Source: Candidatus Kaiserbacteria bacterium GW2011_GWA2_52_12
Lineage (GTDB): Bacteria; Patescibacteriota; Minisyncoccia; Phycocordibacterales; UBA2100
Reading direction: 5' to 3'
Assembly (NCBI GenBank): GCA_001004345.1
Contig: LCQW01000001.1
Coordinates: 1-63,676, forward strand
DNA: 63,676 nt
Shown: positions 34,693 to 43,382 of the stretch, one piece after another
Layout: each line of letters starts with the position of its first letter
How positions within the stretch are numbered: position 1 is the first letter of the stretch
Translations under genes and position numbers: made by a program
Notes under the pieces: generated by a model
What the model was told of the DNA's origin: nothing
The model's input: only the letters and a program-made list of their open reading frames with translations
Database searches by the model: none

Positions 34693-35256
34693 ATGGGAAA
34701 ACTTGAGGAAGCGAGTAGAAAAAGGACAAAGAAGAACCAGCTTCAAAAAATAATTCTTCAAACGGTCAAAGTAGCCGGTCTTTTGAGCATCGCACTTGTT
34801 GCACCCAATGTAATTGGAGCGATGGCAAAATTGGGTTTGATACCGTCTCCACGGCAAGGAGATGTAGTAGAACGCACATCCGATCGGCTTGTGCGTAAAG
34901 GGCTGATGGAGTGGCGAGGCGGGAAACTTCGTCTTACTGCGAAAGGGGAACGGCAACTCATCGAGCTTGAGTTGCGCGAACTCGTGAAGCGTCCGAGACG
35001 GTGGGATCATAAGTGGCGAGTAATAATTTTCGATATTCCAGAGCGTCGTAAAGCGTTGCGGATTAAACTTCGAGAAACTCTGAAGTCGATCGGCTTCGAA
35101 CGACTACAGGATAGTGTGTGGCTGTATCCTCATGATTGCGAAGACCTCATCGCACTACTAAAAGCGGATTTTCACGTTGGAAATGATGTTATCTACATGA
35201 TTGTCGACTCTATTGAACGCGACGGAAAATTCCGTAAACACTTCAAAATATCCTAA
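34693..35256 (+). CDS. PaaX-like / winged-helix plus Cas2-fold C-terminal domain transcriptional regulator-like protein
   Basis: WRVIIFDIPERRKALRIKLRETLKSIGFERLQDSVWLYP resembles the PaaX C-terminal (Cas2-like) domain. Confidence 0.5.
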   Translation: MGKLEEASRKRTKKNQLQKIILQTVKVAGLLSIALVAPNVIGAMAKLGLIPSPRQGDVVERTSDRLVRKGLMEWRGGKLRLTAKGERQLIELELRELVKRPRRWDHKWRVIIFDIPERRKALRIKLRETLKSIGFERLQDSVWLYPHDCEDLIALLKADFHVGNDVIYMIVDSIERDGKFRKHFKIS

Positions 35257-35257
35257 T

Positions 35258-35291
35258 GTACTTATATCTATCTATAGATATATATAAGTAC
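35258..35291. repeat. 34-nt AT-rich palindrome just after the PaaX-like gene and upstream of purD
   Basis: GTACTTATATCTATCTA/TAGATATATATAAGTAC; 17 potential bp with 1 mismatch. Confidence 0.8.
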
Positions 35292-35344
35292 GTATGGACG
35301 CGTATCATTATGTTTATGAATAAACATTGTTACAATCATCCTGT

Positions 35345-36625
35345 ATGGACGTGTTGATCGTGGGTGGTGGCGGAAGAGAACATGCGCTTGCGTGGAAGCT
35401 GAAGCAGTCGCCGAGGATCGGCAAGCTCTATGTCGCACCGGGCAACGGTGGTACGGAGGCGCTGGGTTGCAAGAATGTTGCCATTAGCGTGACGGACATC
35501 AATGCGCTGGCAAAGTTTGCATCTGAAAACAACATTGGTCTGACGGTTGTCGGTCCGGAGGAGCCGCTTGCGCTCGGGATAGTCGATCTGTTCAAGGCGC
35601 GCGACCTGCGGATCTTTGGTCCTACAAAAGCGGCGGCACAGATCGAATCGTCAAAAGCATTCGGGAAGCAATTAATGAAAGAGGCGAACATTCCTACCGC
35701 CGAACATGAGGTGTGCTCCGATTTTAATCAGGCGATCTCCGTAGTGCGAAGGTACACGTTGCCGGTCGTTGTGAAGGCCGATGGGTTTGCGGGGGGGAAA
35801 GGAGTGTACATATGCAAAAATTTTGAAGAAGCCGAAGCTGCGCTCCACACACTTTTCGATGTACCGGGAGATGTGGAACACACAGTGCTCATCGAACAAT
35901 TTCTCGACGGTTCGGAGCTCTCAATCCATGCGATCACCGATGGCACATCGTTCCTCATGTTCCCGCCGTCGCAAGACCATAAGCGCGCGCTCGATGGCGA
36001 CCTCGGCAAAAATACCGGCGGCATGGGTGCGATATGTCCCGTCCCGTGGATGCCGCAAGGCACACCGAGCTTTGTCGAGCATCGGGTGATCAGGGCCGCA
36101 TTTGATGCGATACGGAACTACGGAATATATTTTACGGGGATGTTGTATCCCGGGATCTTGATGACACTCAATGGGCCAAAAGTACTCGAGTTCAATGCGC
36201 GCTTCGGCGACCCCGAGTGCCAAGTGTATATGCGCCTTATGAAAACCGACCTCCTTGATCTCTTGGAAGCATGTGTCGACGGGAGCATCGCGGATAGGCG
36301 GATCGACTGGAAATATGGATATGCCATTAGTGTCGTGCTTGCATCCCTGGGCTACCCCGATGCGTACAAAACGGGATTCAAGATCGAGGGTATTCGTGAG
36401 GCGGAGATCATTACCGAAGTCGTCGTATTTCACGGAAGCACGATCAACGACGGCGAACTCAAGACGACGGGTGGACGCGTGCTCTCGGTAACTGCAGTCG
36501 GGCCGACGCTCAAAGACGCCATCGATCGCGCCTATGAGGCGGTGGGAAAGATAACCTTCGAGGGTATGCAGTATCGCCGCGATATCGGCGGAACGGCACT
36601 CAAATACGACACGACGCGGTCATAG
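35345..36625 (+). CDS. purD: Phosphoribosylamine-glycine ligase
   Basis: MDVLIVGGGGREHALAWKL, APGNGGT, VVKADGFAGGKGV, LEFNARFGDPE typical PurD. Confidence 0.9.
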   Translation: MDVLIVGGGGREHALAWKLKQSPRIGKLYVAPGNGGTEALGCKNVAISVTDINALAKFASENNIGLTVVGPEEPLALGIVDLFKARDLRIFGPTKAAAQIESSKAFGKQLMKEANIPTAEHEVCSDFNQAISVVRRYTLPVVVKADGFAGGKGVYICKNFEEAEAALHTLFDVPGDVEHTVLIEQFLDGSELSIHAITDGTSFLMFPPSQDHKRALDGDLGKNTGGMGAICPVPWMPQGTPSFVEHRVIRAAFDAIRNYGIYFTGMLYPGILMTLNGPKVLEFNARFGDPECQVYMRLMKTDLLDLLEACVDGSIADRRIDWKYGYAISVVLASLGYPDAYKTGFKIEGIREAEIITEVVVFHGSTINDGELKTTGGRVLSVTAVGPTLKDAIDRAYEAVGKITFEGMQYRRDIGGTALKYDTTRS

Positions 36626-36652
36626 CAAGAGAGCCAGTGGTATAATTTCTGT

Positions 36653-39469
36653 ATGCCTCCGTTGCAGATGGAGCGGCTGAAGCCCGCTCTCCCCGAGAAA
36701 TTCAAATCTCCGCAGGAAGAACTTGCGTATTTGCGACAGCGCGTGGCGGAGAAGGAACAGGAGCTTGAAAGCGCGCCGAACCGTTTTGAAAAAGACCGCA
36801 TCGCAAAGCGTGAAATAGAACAGTACGGCGCGACGCCACAGGCGCAGGTGCTGCACGAGGCAGCCATCATGCCGCAGCACGATATCCTGCAGCATGTCCT
36901 CAAACTCGAGCCGGAGGACCACGACACGAAGATCGATGAACTCTTGAAGATCGTTTCGGAAAAAGGCATCCGCAATGCGCTCTCGATCGTCGCACGATTC
37001 GGCAATGCGCACCTCGAAGACGATCTCCATCGCGCCCTCGTGCGCTACGTTGCCGAAGGAATGCCGGATCACGGCATGGCGCCTCCCGAGCAGGTCAGAA
37101 AAGCACTCAACCTCGTTCTTTTTGAAATTCATCCGCAGGCGCACGGAGAGGGCGACCAAAAAGAGATCGCGCAGCACAAACTGGAGCAGCTTCTGTCATC
37201 ATCCGAGCAGCTGTACGCCGGACTCATTTCGCTTATTGAAGAAGGTGAGGGGTATTCGCTTGAAATAGCCGTCCCGCAGGGGACCGAAGAGGCCTCGCTT
37301 TACCTCGCCGTGCCGCATCAACGGAAAGTTCTTGCGGAACGCCTCATCTCATCGGTGTTTCCCAACGCCCATATCGTCGAGAGTCGCGGCGATTATAACA
37401 TTTTCAATTTTCAAGGCGCACATGCAGCATCCTATGCCGTGCTTGCCGATCATCCATCGCTTCCACTCAAGACGCCGGAGATGTTCGAACATGATCCGAT
37501 GAATATCATGCTCGCGGCATTCGCAAAGATCGCGAAGCACGGCGAGGGCGCCGCGCTGCAGATCACCGTCGGGACGGAAGGGGATCGGTACAATCACCAT
37601 TACAAAAAAATCCTGCGCGAGCTTGAGAAAGGCAGGTCGTACCGCGAAGCGCTGAAGATACCGGAGACGGAGCTCGGCGAGGCGGTTCGTGATCTTGCGA
37701 AGCAGCTGTTTTCATCCAAAGAGCAGCAACAAAAAGAGCTCGATAGGCAATTCCGCAAAACAGCGGATCAGGTGTCGACCGAAGAAATAAGCCGCAAAGT
37801 GAAGACACGCATCGCGCCGGTTTCCATCCGCCTCGTCACGTCGGCACCCACCCATGCACGCGCCGTCGATCTCTTGCGCAATCTGAAAGCGCCGTTTACC
37901 CAATATGACGACTCAAAAGGGAATCGACTTCTCTTTAAGAACGTGGGGAGCTGGAGCATGAGCAATTTTCTCCGCGATTTTACCTACCGCACATTCGATC
38001 ATTCCATCGCGATGCCGCTGTCACTCGCAGAATTGACCGCGATGTACCACTTTACCGCCGAGCGCGTCACGACCTCGCGCGAGCTCAAGCGCTCGTTCGG
38101 CAAACAAGCTCCCGCGCCGGTCGAAACTCCAGCGAACGGGATAACCATCGGCATCAACCGGTACGGCGCGGATGAAACAAAAGTTCATTTCGGGGAGAGT
38201 GATCGCCTGCGTCACTGCTATGTCATCGGACAAACCGGTACCGGAAAGACCGGGTTTCTCAAAAATCTCATCCGTCAGGACATGGAGAACGGCGAAGGAA
38301 TCGCATTTATCGATCCGCACGGTAACGACATTGAGGACGTGCTCGCCATGGTTCCGCCCGAACGCGCCGAGGATGTCGTGTATTTCGACCCCGCGTATAC
38401 GGCTCGTGCAATGGGACTCAATATGCTCGAATACGACCGTTCGCGGCCGGAGATGAAGACGTTTGTCGTCGACGAAGTATACGGCATTTTCCGCAAGCTC
38501 TATGCCGACGTGCCGGAGGCGTTCGGGCCTATGTTCGAGCAATACTACCGCAATGCCGTGCAGCTTGTGGTCGAAGATCCCGAATCGGGGAGCACGTTCG
38601 TCGAAATTCCGCGCGTATTTGCCGACCCCGCTTTTCGCAATCTGAAACTCTCGCGCTGCAAAAATCCCATCATAGTACAATTTTGGCGCAAGATTGCCGA
38701 GCAGGCGCAGGGGGACCCATCGCTCGAGAACGTCGCCCCCTATATCACGAGTAAATTCGACGTCTTTCTTACCAATGACATCATGCGACCGATCGTGTCG
38801 CAGGAAAAATCGGCGTTCAACTTTCGCGAGATCATGGATGGCAAGAAAATTTTCCTCGCCAATCTCTCAAAAGGCCGCCTCGGCGACAGGAACACCTCGC
38901 TTTTGGGCCTCATTCTCGTATCCAAATTCCTGCAGGCGGCATTCTCGCGCGTCGATACGCATGGAGCACTTCCGGTGTTCTACATGTACATCGACGAATT
39001 CCAGAATTTCGCCACACCATCCATCTCGACCATCCTCTCCGAGGCGCGAAAATACAACCTTTCGCTCACGATCGCGCACCAATTCATCGCGCAGCTCGAA
39101 GAGCCGATCCGCGACGCGGTCATCGGCAACGTGGGCACCAAAGCGGCGTTTCGTATCGGCACGACCGATGCCGAATTCCTCGAAAAGCAGTTTGCGCCGA
39201 TATTTGGCGCACAAGACCTCGAAAATCTACCCAACCGCACCGCCGTCCTTTCATTGCTGGTCAATGGTGTGCCGGCGCGGCCATTCACCATCGGCACGGA
39301 AAATCTGCCGCACATGAACTACGAGAACGTAGCTGCTCTCAAGGAGCTTTCGTACACTACCTACGGCCGCCCGCGCGAGGAAGTGGAAGAAGAGATCCGC
39401 ATCAAATTCGACGCCAGCTACGGCAAGAAACCCGCGGCAGAAGCACCCTCCACACCGCTGTATCAGTGA
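36653..39469 (+). CDS. Large P-loop NTPase, VirD4/TraD/TraG coupling-protein-like C-terminal half with ~500-aa uncharacterised N-terminal half
   Basis: Walker A GQTGTGKTGFLKNL, Walker B-like FYMYIDEFQNF, and ARKYNLSLTIAHQFIAQL as in T4SS-type DNA-translocase ATPases. Confidence 0.6.
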   Translation: MPPLQMERLKPALPEKFKSPQEELAYLRQRVAEKEQELESAPNRFEKDRIAKREIEQYGATPQAQVLHEAAIMPQHDILQHVLKLEPEDHDTKIDELLKIVSEKGIRNALSIVARFGNAHLEDDLHRALVRYVAEGMPDHGMAPPEQVRKALNLVLFEIHPQAHGEGDQKEIAQHKLEQLLSSSEQLYAGLISLIEEGEGYSLEIAVPQGTEEASLYLAVPHQRKVLAERLISSVFPNAHIVESRGDYNIFNFQGAHAASYAVLADHPSLPLKTPEMFEHDPMNIMLAAFAKIAKHGEGAALQITVGTEGDRYNHHYKKILRELEKGRSYREALKIPETELGEAVRDLAKQLFSSKEQQQKELDRQFRKTADQVSTEEISRKVKTRIAPVSIRLVTSAPTHARAVDLLRNLKAPFTQYDDSKGNRLLFKNVGSWSMSNFLRDFTYRTFDHSIAMPLSLAELTAMYHFTAERVTTSRELKRSFGKQAPAPVETPANGITIGINRYGADETKVHFGESDRLRHCYVIGQTGTGKTGFLKNLIRQDMENGEGIAFIDPHGNDIEDVLAMVPPERAEDVVYFDPAYTARAMGLNMLEYDRSRPEMKTFVVDEVYGIFRKLYADVPEAFGPMFEQYYRNAVQLVVEDPESGSTFVEIPRVFADPAFRNLKLSRCKNPIIVQFWRKIAEQAQGDPSLENVAPYITSKFDVFLTNDIMRPIVSQEKSAFNFREIMDGKKIFLANLSKGRLGDRNTSLLGLILVSKFLQAAFSRVDTHGALPVFYMYIDEFQNFATPSISTILSEARKYNLSLTIAHQFIAQLEEPIRDAVIGNVGTKAAFRIGTTDAEFLEKQFAPIFGAQDLENLPNRTAVLSLLVNGVPARPFTIGTENLPHMNYENVAALKELSYTTYGRPREEVEEEIRIKFDASYGKKPAAEAPSTPLYQ

Positions 39470-39567
39470 AATATGGACCTTGATTCTGCCATAGAAAGAA
39501 AGAATTCGAGAGTCGAAACAGAAAGGGAAAAGGTGTCAGGAACCTTTTCTCGAACTTCTAAATGTAT

Positions 39568-39582
39568 GAGGTCGAACCTCGT
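39568..39582 (+). repeat. Left copy of a 15-nt direct repeat bracketing the TA cassette
   Basis: GAGGTCGAACCTCGT; it matches 40218-40232 at 14/15. Confidence 0.7.
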
Positions 39583-39607
39583 TCATAGAGCGAAAGGGCA
39601 CTACTAC

Positions 39608-39635
39608 TTGCGCTATTTTGTACATTTTGTACAAT
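39608..39635 (+). promoter_or_regulatory. Candidate promoter giving a leaderless antitoxin transcript
   Basis: TTGCGC-16 nt-TACAAT. The ATG at 39642 is 6 nt after the -10. Confidence 0.35.
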
Positions 39636-39641
39636 ATCAGC

Positions 39642-39893
39642 ATGAAAATTATAACAACGACAAGCGCTCGAAAGCATATCAAGGATATTGTTGACCGGGC
39701 CAAGTACCGCGGCGAAGTGTTTGCAATCGGCAGGCGCGATTCGATCGACGCCATCGTAATCGGTTTTCCGCGTGCATATAGCGATGCAGTGAACGACATC
39801 ACGAACGTCAATGCGTATTCCCGCAGTTTTGATTTTCTTGAGAGTGAGCCCGACCTATACTCCGCCGATGATCTGAAAAATCGATATGCTTAA
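39642..39893 (+). CDS. Type II antitoxin (Phd/YefM-like)
   Basis: 83-aa ORF MKIITTTSARKHIKDIVDRAKYRGEVFAIGRR. It overlaps the toxin gene start by 8 nt. Confidence 0.6.
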   Translation: MKIITTTSARKHIKDIVDRAKYRGEVFAIGRRDSIDAIVIGFPRAYSDAVNDITNVNAYSRSFDFLESEPDLYSADDLKNRYA

Positions 39894-40206
39894 AGGGCGC
39901 ATTGTTCTCATTCCGTTCCCGTTCACCGATCTCACCGGCCAGAAAGTGCGCCCAGCACTCGTCTTGCATGTCTCGCGCGGTGAGGATTGCATTGTCGCTT
40001 TTATATCCACGCGTATCGAAAAGAGGAACCCCTACGATATACGCGTGTCCCCGTCGAGTACCAATGGGCTCAAGGTCGAATCAGTCGTAAAAGTCGACAA
40101 ACTCGCGACACTGCAAAAGAAAATTGTTATCGGAGAGCTCGGCGTTCTTGAACGGCAGAATCTTCATATCGTCGATGTGGCGCTCCGCAAGCTATTCAAG
40201 ATATAA
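39886..40206 (+). CDS. mazF: PemK/MazF-family type II toxin (endoribonuclease)
   Basis: GRIVLIPFPFTDLTGQKVRPALVL...VKVDKLATL typical MazF/PemK pattern. Confidence 0.75.
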   Translation: MLKGRIVLIPFPFTDLTGQKVRPALVLHVSRGEDCIVAFISTRIEKRNPYDIRVSPSSTNGLKVESVVKVDKLATLQKKIVIGELGVLERQNLHIVDVALRKLFKI

Positions 40207-40217
40207 ATTGCATGCAC

Positions 40218-40232
40218 GAGATCGAACCTCGT
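40218..40232 (+). repeat. Right copy of the 15-nt direct repeat bracketing the TA cassette (inside a 7-bp hairpin)
   Basis: GAGATCGAACCTCGT, within the hairpin GCACGAGatcgaacCTCGTGC at 40214-40234. Confidence 0.7.
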
Positions 40233-40277
40233 GCAACGAAAACCCACGTTTCCCCACTGTGATCAATACGCTATAAT

Positions 40278-40676
40278 GTGCACATGCGGTCGCATCATAT
40301 ACAACGATTCATTGCGGCACTCATCGCATCCATAGCGTTCATAAGTCCGTGGTGTGCCGTGGCGACGACACTTGACGATATGCAGACCACTCTGCACTAC
40401 GCGCTCTCGGCGGTGGCGGCAGTGACTGCCGATCAGCCGATATCCTGCGCGATACTGACTAGCAAGAATGTCGTGAAGGTCAATGAGACATTCACATTTG
40501 CCTGGTACTCGACGGGCAAGAATTCGCAGATAGCGCCCGAAGGCGGACTCGCGTGGCAGCCTTTCAACGTCATTTCAATGGCCATCTCGAAACCCGGCAA
40601 ATGGACTTACACACTGAACTTTTACGGATCGGGCACGGTAACTCCCTGTTCCAGGATAATAACGGTCGTGCCGTAG
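40278..40676 (+). CDS. Small secreted hypothetical protein
   Basis: Signal-like FIAALIASIAFISPWCAVA and a beta-rich remainder. Confidence 0.5.
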   Translation: MHMRSHHIQRFIAALIASIAFISPWCAVATTLDDMQTTLHYALSAVAAVTADQPISCAILTSKNVVKVNETFTFAWYSTGKNSQIAPEGGLAWQPFNVISMAISKPGKWTYTLNFYGSGTVTPCSRIITVVP

Positions 40677-40725
40677 GCACTCGAAGTAATGTGACGTATC
40701 GGCAAAATATGCTACAGTAGCGCGC

Positions 40726-41313
40726 ATGGCACATCCTATAAAAGAAGAGAAGACGTTTGTTCTTATCAAACCCGACGGAGTGCGCAAGGGGCTCATCGGC
40801 GAGGTTATAAAGCGATTCGAGCAGCGCGACCTTAAGATCGTCGCACTCGAGATGTTCATGCCGACGCGTCAGATGATCGATGACCACTATCCCAAAGATC
40901 CGGCATGGATTGAGCGACTTGGCATGAAGACACTCTCTACGTATGAGAAGTATGGCATCGACGCCAAAAAAGAACTGGGGAGCAATGACGCAAAAGAACT
41001 CGGTAACATGGTGCGCGGCTGGCTTCTTGATTTTATGACGTCGGCACCCCTGGTGCGTATGGTGGTGCAGGGGACGCATGCAGTCGATGTTGTGCGCAAG
41101 ATCGCCGGACCGACGCTGCCGTATGCAGCGGATATGGGCACTATCCGTGGTGATTTCTCGATCGATTCGCCAGCGCTTGCGAACAGCGAGAAGCGCGCCG
41201 TTGCGAATATCGTTCACTGTTCAGAGACCCCGGAGGAAGCGGCTCATGAGATCAAACACTGGTTTGGTAAAGCCGTAATCCACCAATACAAGCGGCATGG
41301 CGTCGATGAGTAA
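40726..41313 (+). CDS. ndk: Nucleoside diphosphate kinase (long form with ~50-aa insertion)
   Basis: EKTFVLIKPDGV.KGLIGEVIKRFE...L, NIVHCSETPEEA (active-site His) typical NDK. Confidence 0.85.
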   Translation: MAHPIKEEKTFVLIKPDGVRKGLIGEVIKRFEQRDLKIVALEMFMPTRQMIDDHYPKDPAWIERLGMKTLSTYEKYGIDAKKELGSNDAKELGNMVRGWLLDFMTSAPLVRMVVQGTHAVDVVRKIAGPTLPYAADMGTIRGDFSIDSPALANSEKRAVANIVHCSETPEEAAHEIKHWFGKAVIHQYKRHGVDE

Positions 41314-41317
41314 TTTG

Positions 41318-41362
41318 GTATACCCCTTACCACAGTTTTTTAAAAAGTGGTAAGGGGTATAC
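41318..41362. terminator. 16-bp perfect hairpin after ndk
   Basis: GTATACCCCTTACCAC-agttttttaaaaa-GTGGTAAGGGGTATAC. Confidence 0.7.
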
Positions 41363-41524
41363 TGAACACAGCGGCCGGTACATACACCTGCTTGGTTCAC
41401 AAAAGGGAGTCTCACATCGCTCAATTCCAATGAACACTGCCTCGGTAGTATTCAGCGGAATTGTAGCTGCGGACACCCACCTGGTCCCAAAGTCCAGGCT
41501 CGAGTACTTGCCGCGACGAAGCAT

Positions 41525-41547
41525 CCCCGCGAAGGCGGGGTTGTTTT
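41525..41547 (+). terminator. Orphan terminator-like hairpin immediately upstream of the next gene
   Basis: CCCCGCgaagGCGGGG followed by TTGTTTT. No plus-strand CDS lies between it and the ndk hairpin. Confidence 0.45.
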
Positions 41548-41941
41548 GCAAAAATCAAAAAATTATACTGGCATGCATACACAACGAGTCCTATACGTTC
41601 AATTTTTTTCTGTGGCGGTACTTGCTGCGCTCACATGGGTCGCACTTGCGCAAGATCTTTTTTTTCGCTTGTGGTGGTTTGATATTCCGATGCATCTCCT
41701 TGGCGGTGTATGGGCCGGATACGCAGTGATCTGGGTACTACAGAGGAAGGGATGGGGAGTATCACTCGTACATGCGGTAGTCGGAGCGTTTGCAATTGGA
41801 GTAGCGTGGGAATTGTTTGAATATTTTTGGGACATGCCGCGTTCCCCATTTATGAGTTATCCACTCGACACGGCCAAAGACCTGCTCATGGACATACTCG
41901 GCGGCGTCGTCGCGTACTTGAGTACCCGTAGAAGATCATGA
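41546..41941 (+). CDS. Integral membrane protein (about 4 TM), unknown function
   Basis: Hydrophobic ORF; the likely start is ATG 41573. An ATGA overlap joins it to the downstream beta-CASP gene. Confidence 0.55.
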   Translation: MQKSKNYTGMHTQRVLYVQFFSVAVLAALTWVALAQDLFFRLWWFDIPMHLLGGVWAGYAVIWVLQRKGWGVSLVHAVVGAFAIGVAWELFEYFWDMPRSPFMSYPLDTAKDLLMDILGGVVAYLSTRRRS

Positions 41942-43347
41942 CAGCACGAATTACATTCTATGGGGGAGCGGGCACGGTGACCGGCGCGAATTTTCTTTTT
42001 GATACCGGTACACAAAAAATTCTTATCGATTGCGGCACTATCGAACGTGAGAACGTGAGTGATACGGCAAATAGTGACCCATTCGCATACGATCCGTCGA
42101 GTATCGACGCGCTCATCGTGACGCATGCCCACGCCGATCACATCGGGAGAATACCCAAGCTCGTACACGACGGATTCAAAGGCGTTATCTATTCGACGAC
42201 ACCCACCAAAGAGCTCGCGGCGGCCATGTTCGCCGATGCGCTCACTATCATGCACGAGGAAGATAAACGCAGCGGCCGTGTTGTCTTGTACGAGCGCGCG
42301 GATGTGGACCGCGCGCTTAGCCTGTGGGAGACGTATGGATACCACGAAGCCTTTGACCTCGGCGACGTATGTATTGAATTTCTCGATGCGGGGCACATTC
42401 TCGGCTCCGCGATGATCCGCGTCACCCGCCTTCGCCCCGATTCCGCCAAGGCTCCAACGGGCAAGCAAGGCTTCGGCGGGCAAGAACGCTCCATCCTCTT
42501 CACCGGCGATTTGGGCAATTCTCCGGAGCCGCTCCTCAACGACACGGAGTCACCGGAAGGGACGACATATCTCGTTATGGAGAGCGTATATGGCGACCGT
42601 CTACATGCGGATAGGGGACAGCGTCAAAAGATGCTGCAAAATATGGTACTCGATGCGCGCAATCGCAGCAGCACGCTGCTCATTCCGTCGTTCTCGATAG
42701 AGAGGACGCAGATACTTCTCTACGAGCTCAATGCTATGGTGGAAAAAGGGAAATTGGATCCGGTAGACGTGTACTTCGACGCACCGCTCGCTATCGAGGT
42801 GACGGATATATACCGGAAGTACAAAGACTGGCTAAATCCTGCAGTCAGCGAGCACTTCGAGAAGGGCGATGACCCGTTCAGTTTCAAAAATCTAAAGTTG
42901 ACGCCGCATGTGGAACAATCAGACGCGATACACAGCGCGCGCAACCCGAAAGTCATCATTGCGGGAGCGGGAATGGCGGCAGGAGGGCGGGTGCGGTTGC
43001 ATCTCAAATGCTACGCACCGGACCAAAATACGGTCATTTTATTCGTCGGCTACCAAGTGCCGGGTTCGCTCGGACGGCGCATCGAGGACGGTGAGAAAAC
43101 AGTGCACATAGATGGCGAGTACGTAAAAGTCCGCGCTCACATCGCGTCCATCACTGGCTACTCCGGCCATAAAGACAGGGACGCACTGCTTGATTTCGTT
43201 GAAAGCTCCGGTGAGTCATTACAGGAAGTGTTTGTGACCATGGGGGAACCAAAGTCGTCGATGTTCCTCGCCCAGCGCATACGCGATTTCCTTGGTGTCG
43301 AAGCGCTCGTGCCGCAGATCGGCGAATCGTTCGAACTTTCGTTCTAA
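41938..43347 (+). CDS. MBL-fold metallo-hydrolase, beta-CASP (RNase J/CPSF-like) family
   Basis: THAHADHIGRIP (HxHxDH), GHILGSA, and later ..GYSGHKD typical beta-CASP motifs. Confidence 0.8.
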   Translation: MTARITFYGGAGTVTGANFLFDTGTQKILIDCGTIERENVSDTANSDPFAYDPSSIDALIVTHAHADHIGRIPKLVHDGFKGVIYSTTPTKELAAAMFADALTIMHEEDKRSGRVVLYERADVDRALSLWETYGYHEAFDLGDVCIEFLDAGHILGSAMIRVTRLRPDSAKAPTGKQGFGGQERSILFTGDLGNSPEPLLNDTESPEGTTYLVMESVYGDRLHADRGQRQKMLQNMVLDARNRSSTLLIPSFSIERTQILLYELNAMVEKGKLDPVDVYFDAPLAIEVTDIYRKYKDWLNPAVSEHFEKGDDPFSFKNLKLTPHVEQSDAIHSARNPKVIIAGAGMAAGGRVRLHLKCYAPDQNTVILFVGYQVPGSLGRRIEDGEKTVHIDGEYVKVRAHIASITGYSGHKDRDALLDFVESSGESLQEVFVTMGEPKSSMFLAQRIRDFLGVEALVPQIGESFELSF

Positions 43348-43382
43348 AATAGGCGTTCCGTGGAGGTGATATAATTATTGAA

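Noticed and set aside
41327-41551. 74-aa minus-strand ORF between ndk and the membrane-protein gene
   Set aside because: It has no SD or promoter, its start lies inside the next gene's start region, and it shows no family resemblance. The region is reported instead as a possible non-coding leader.
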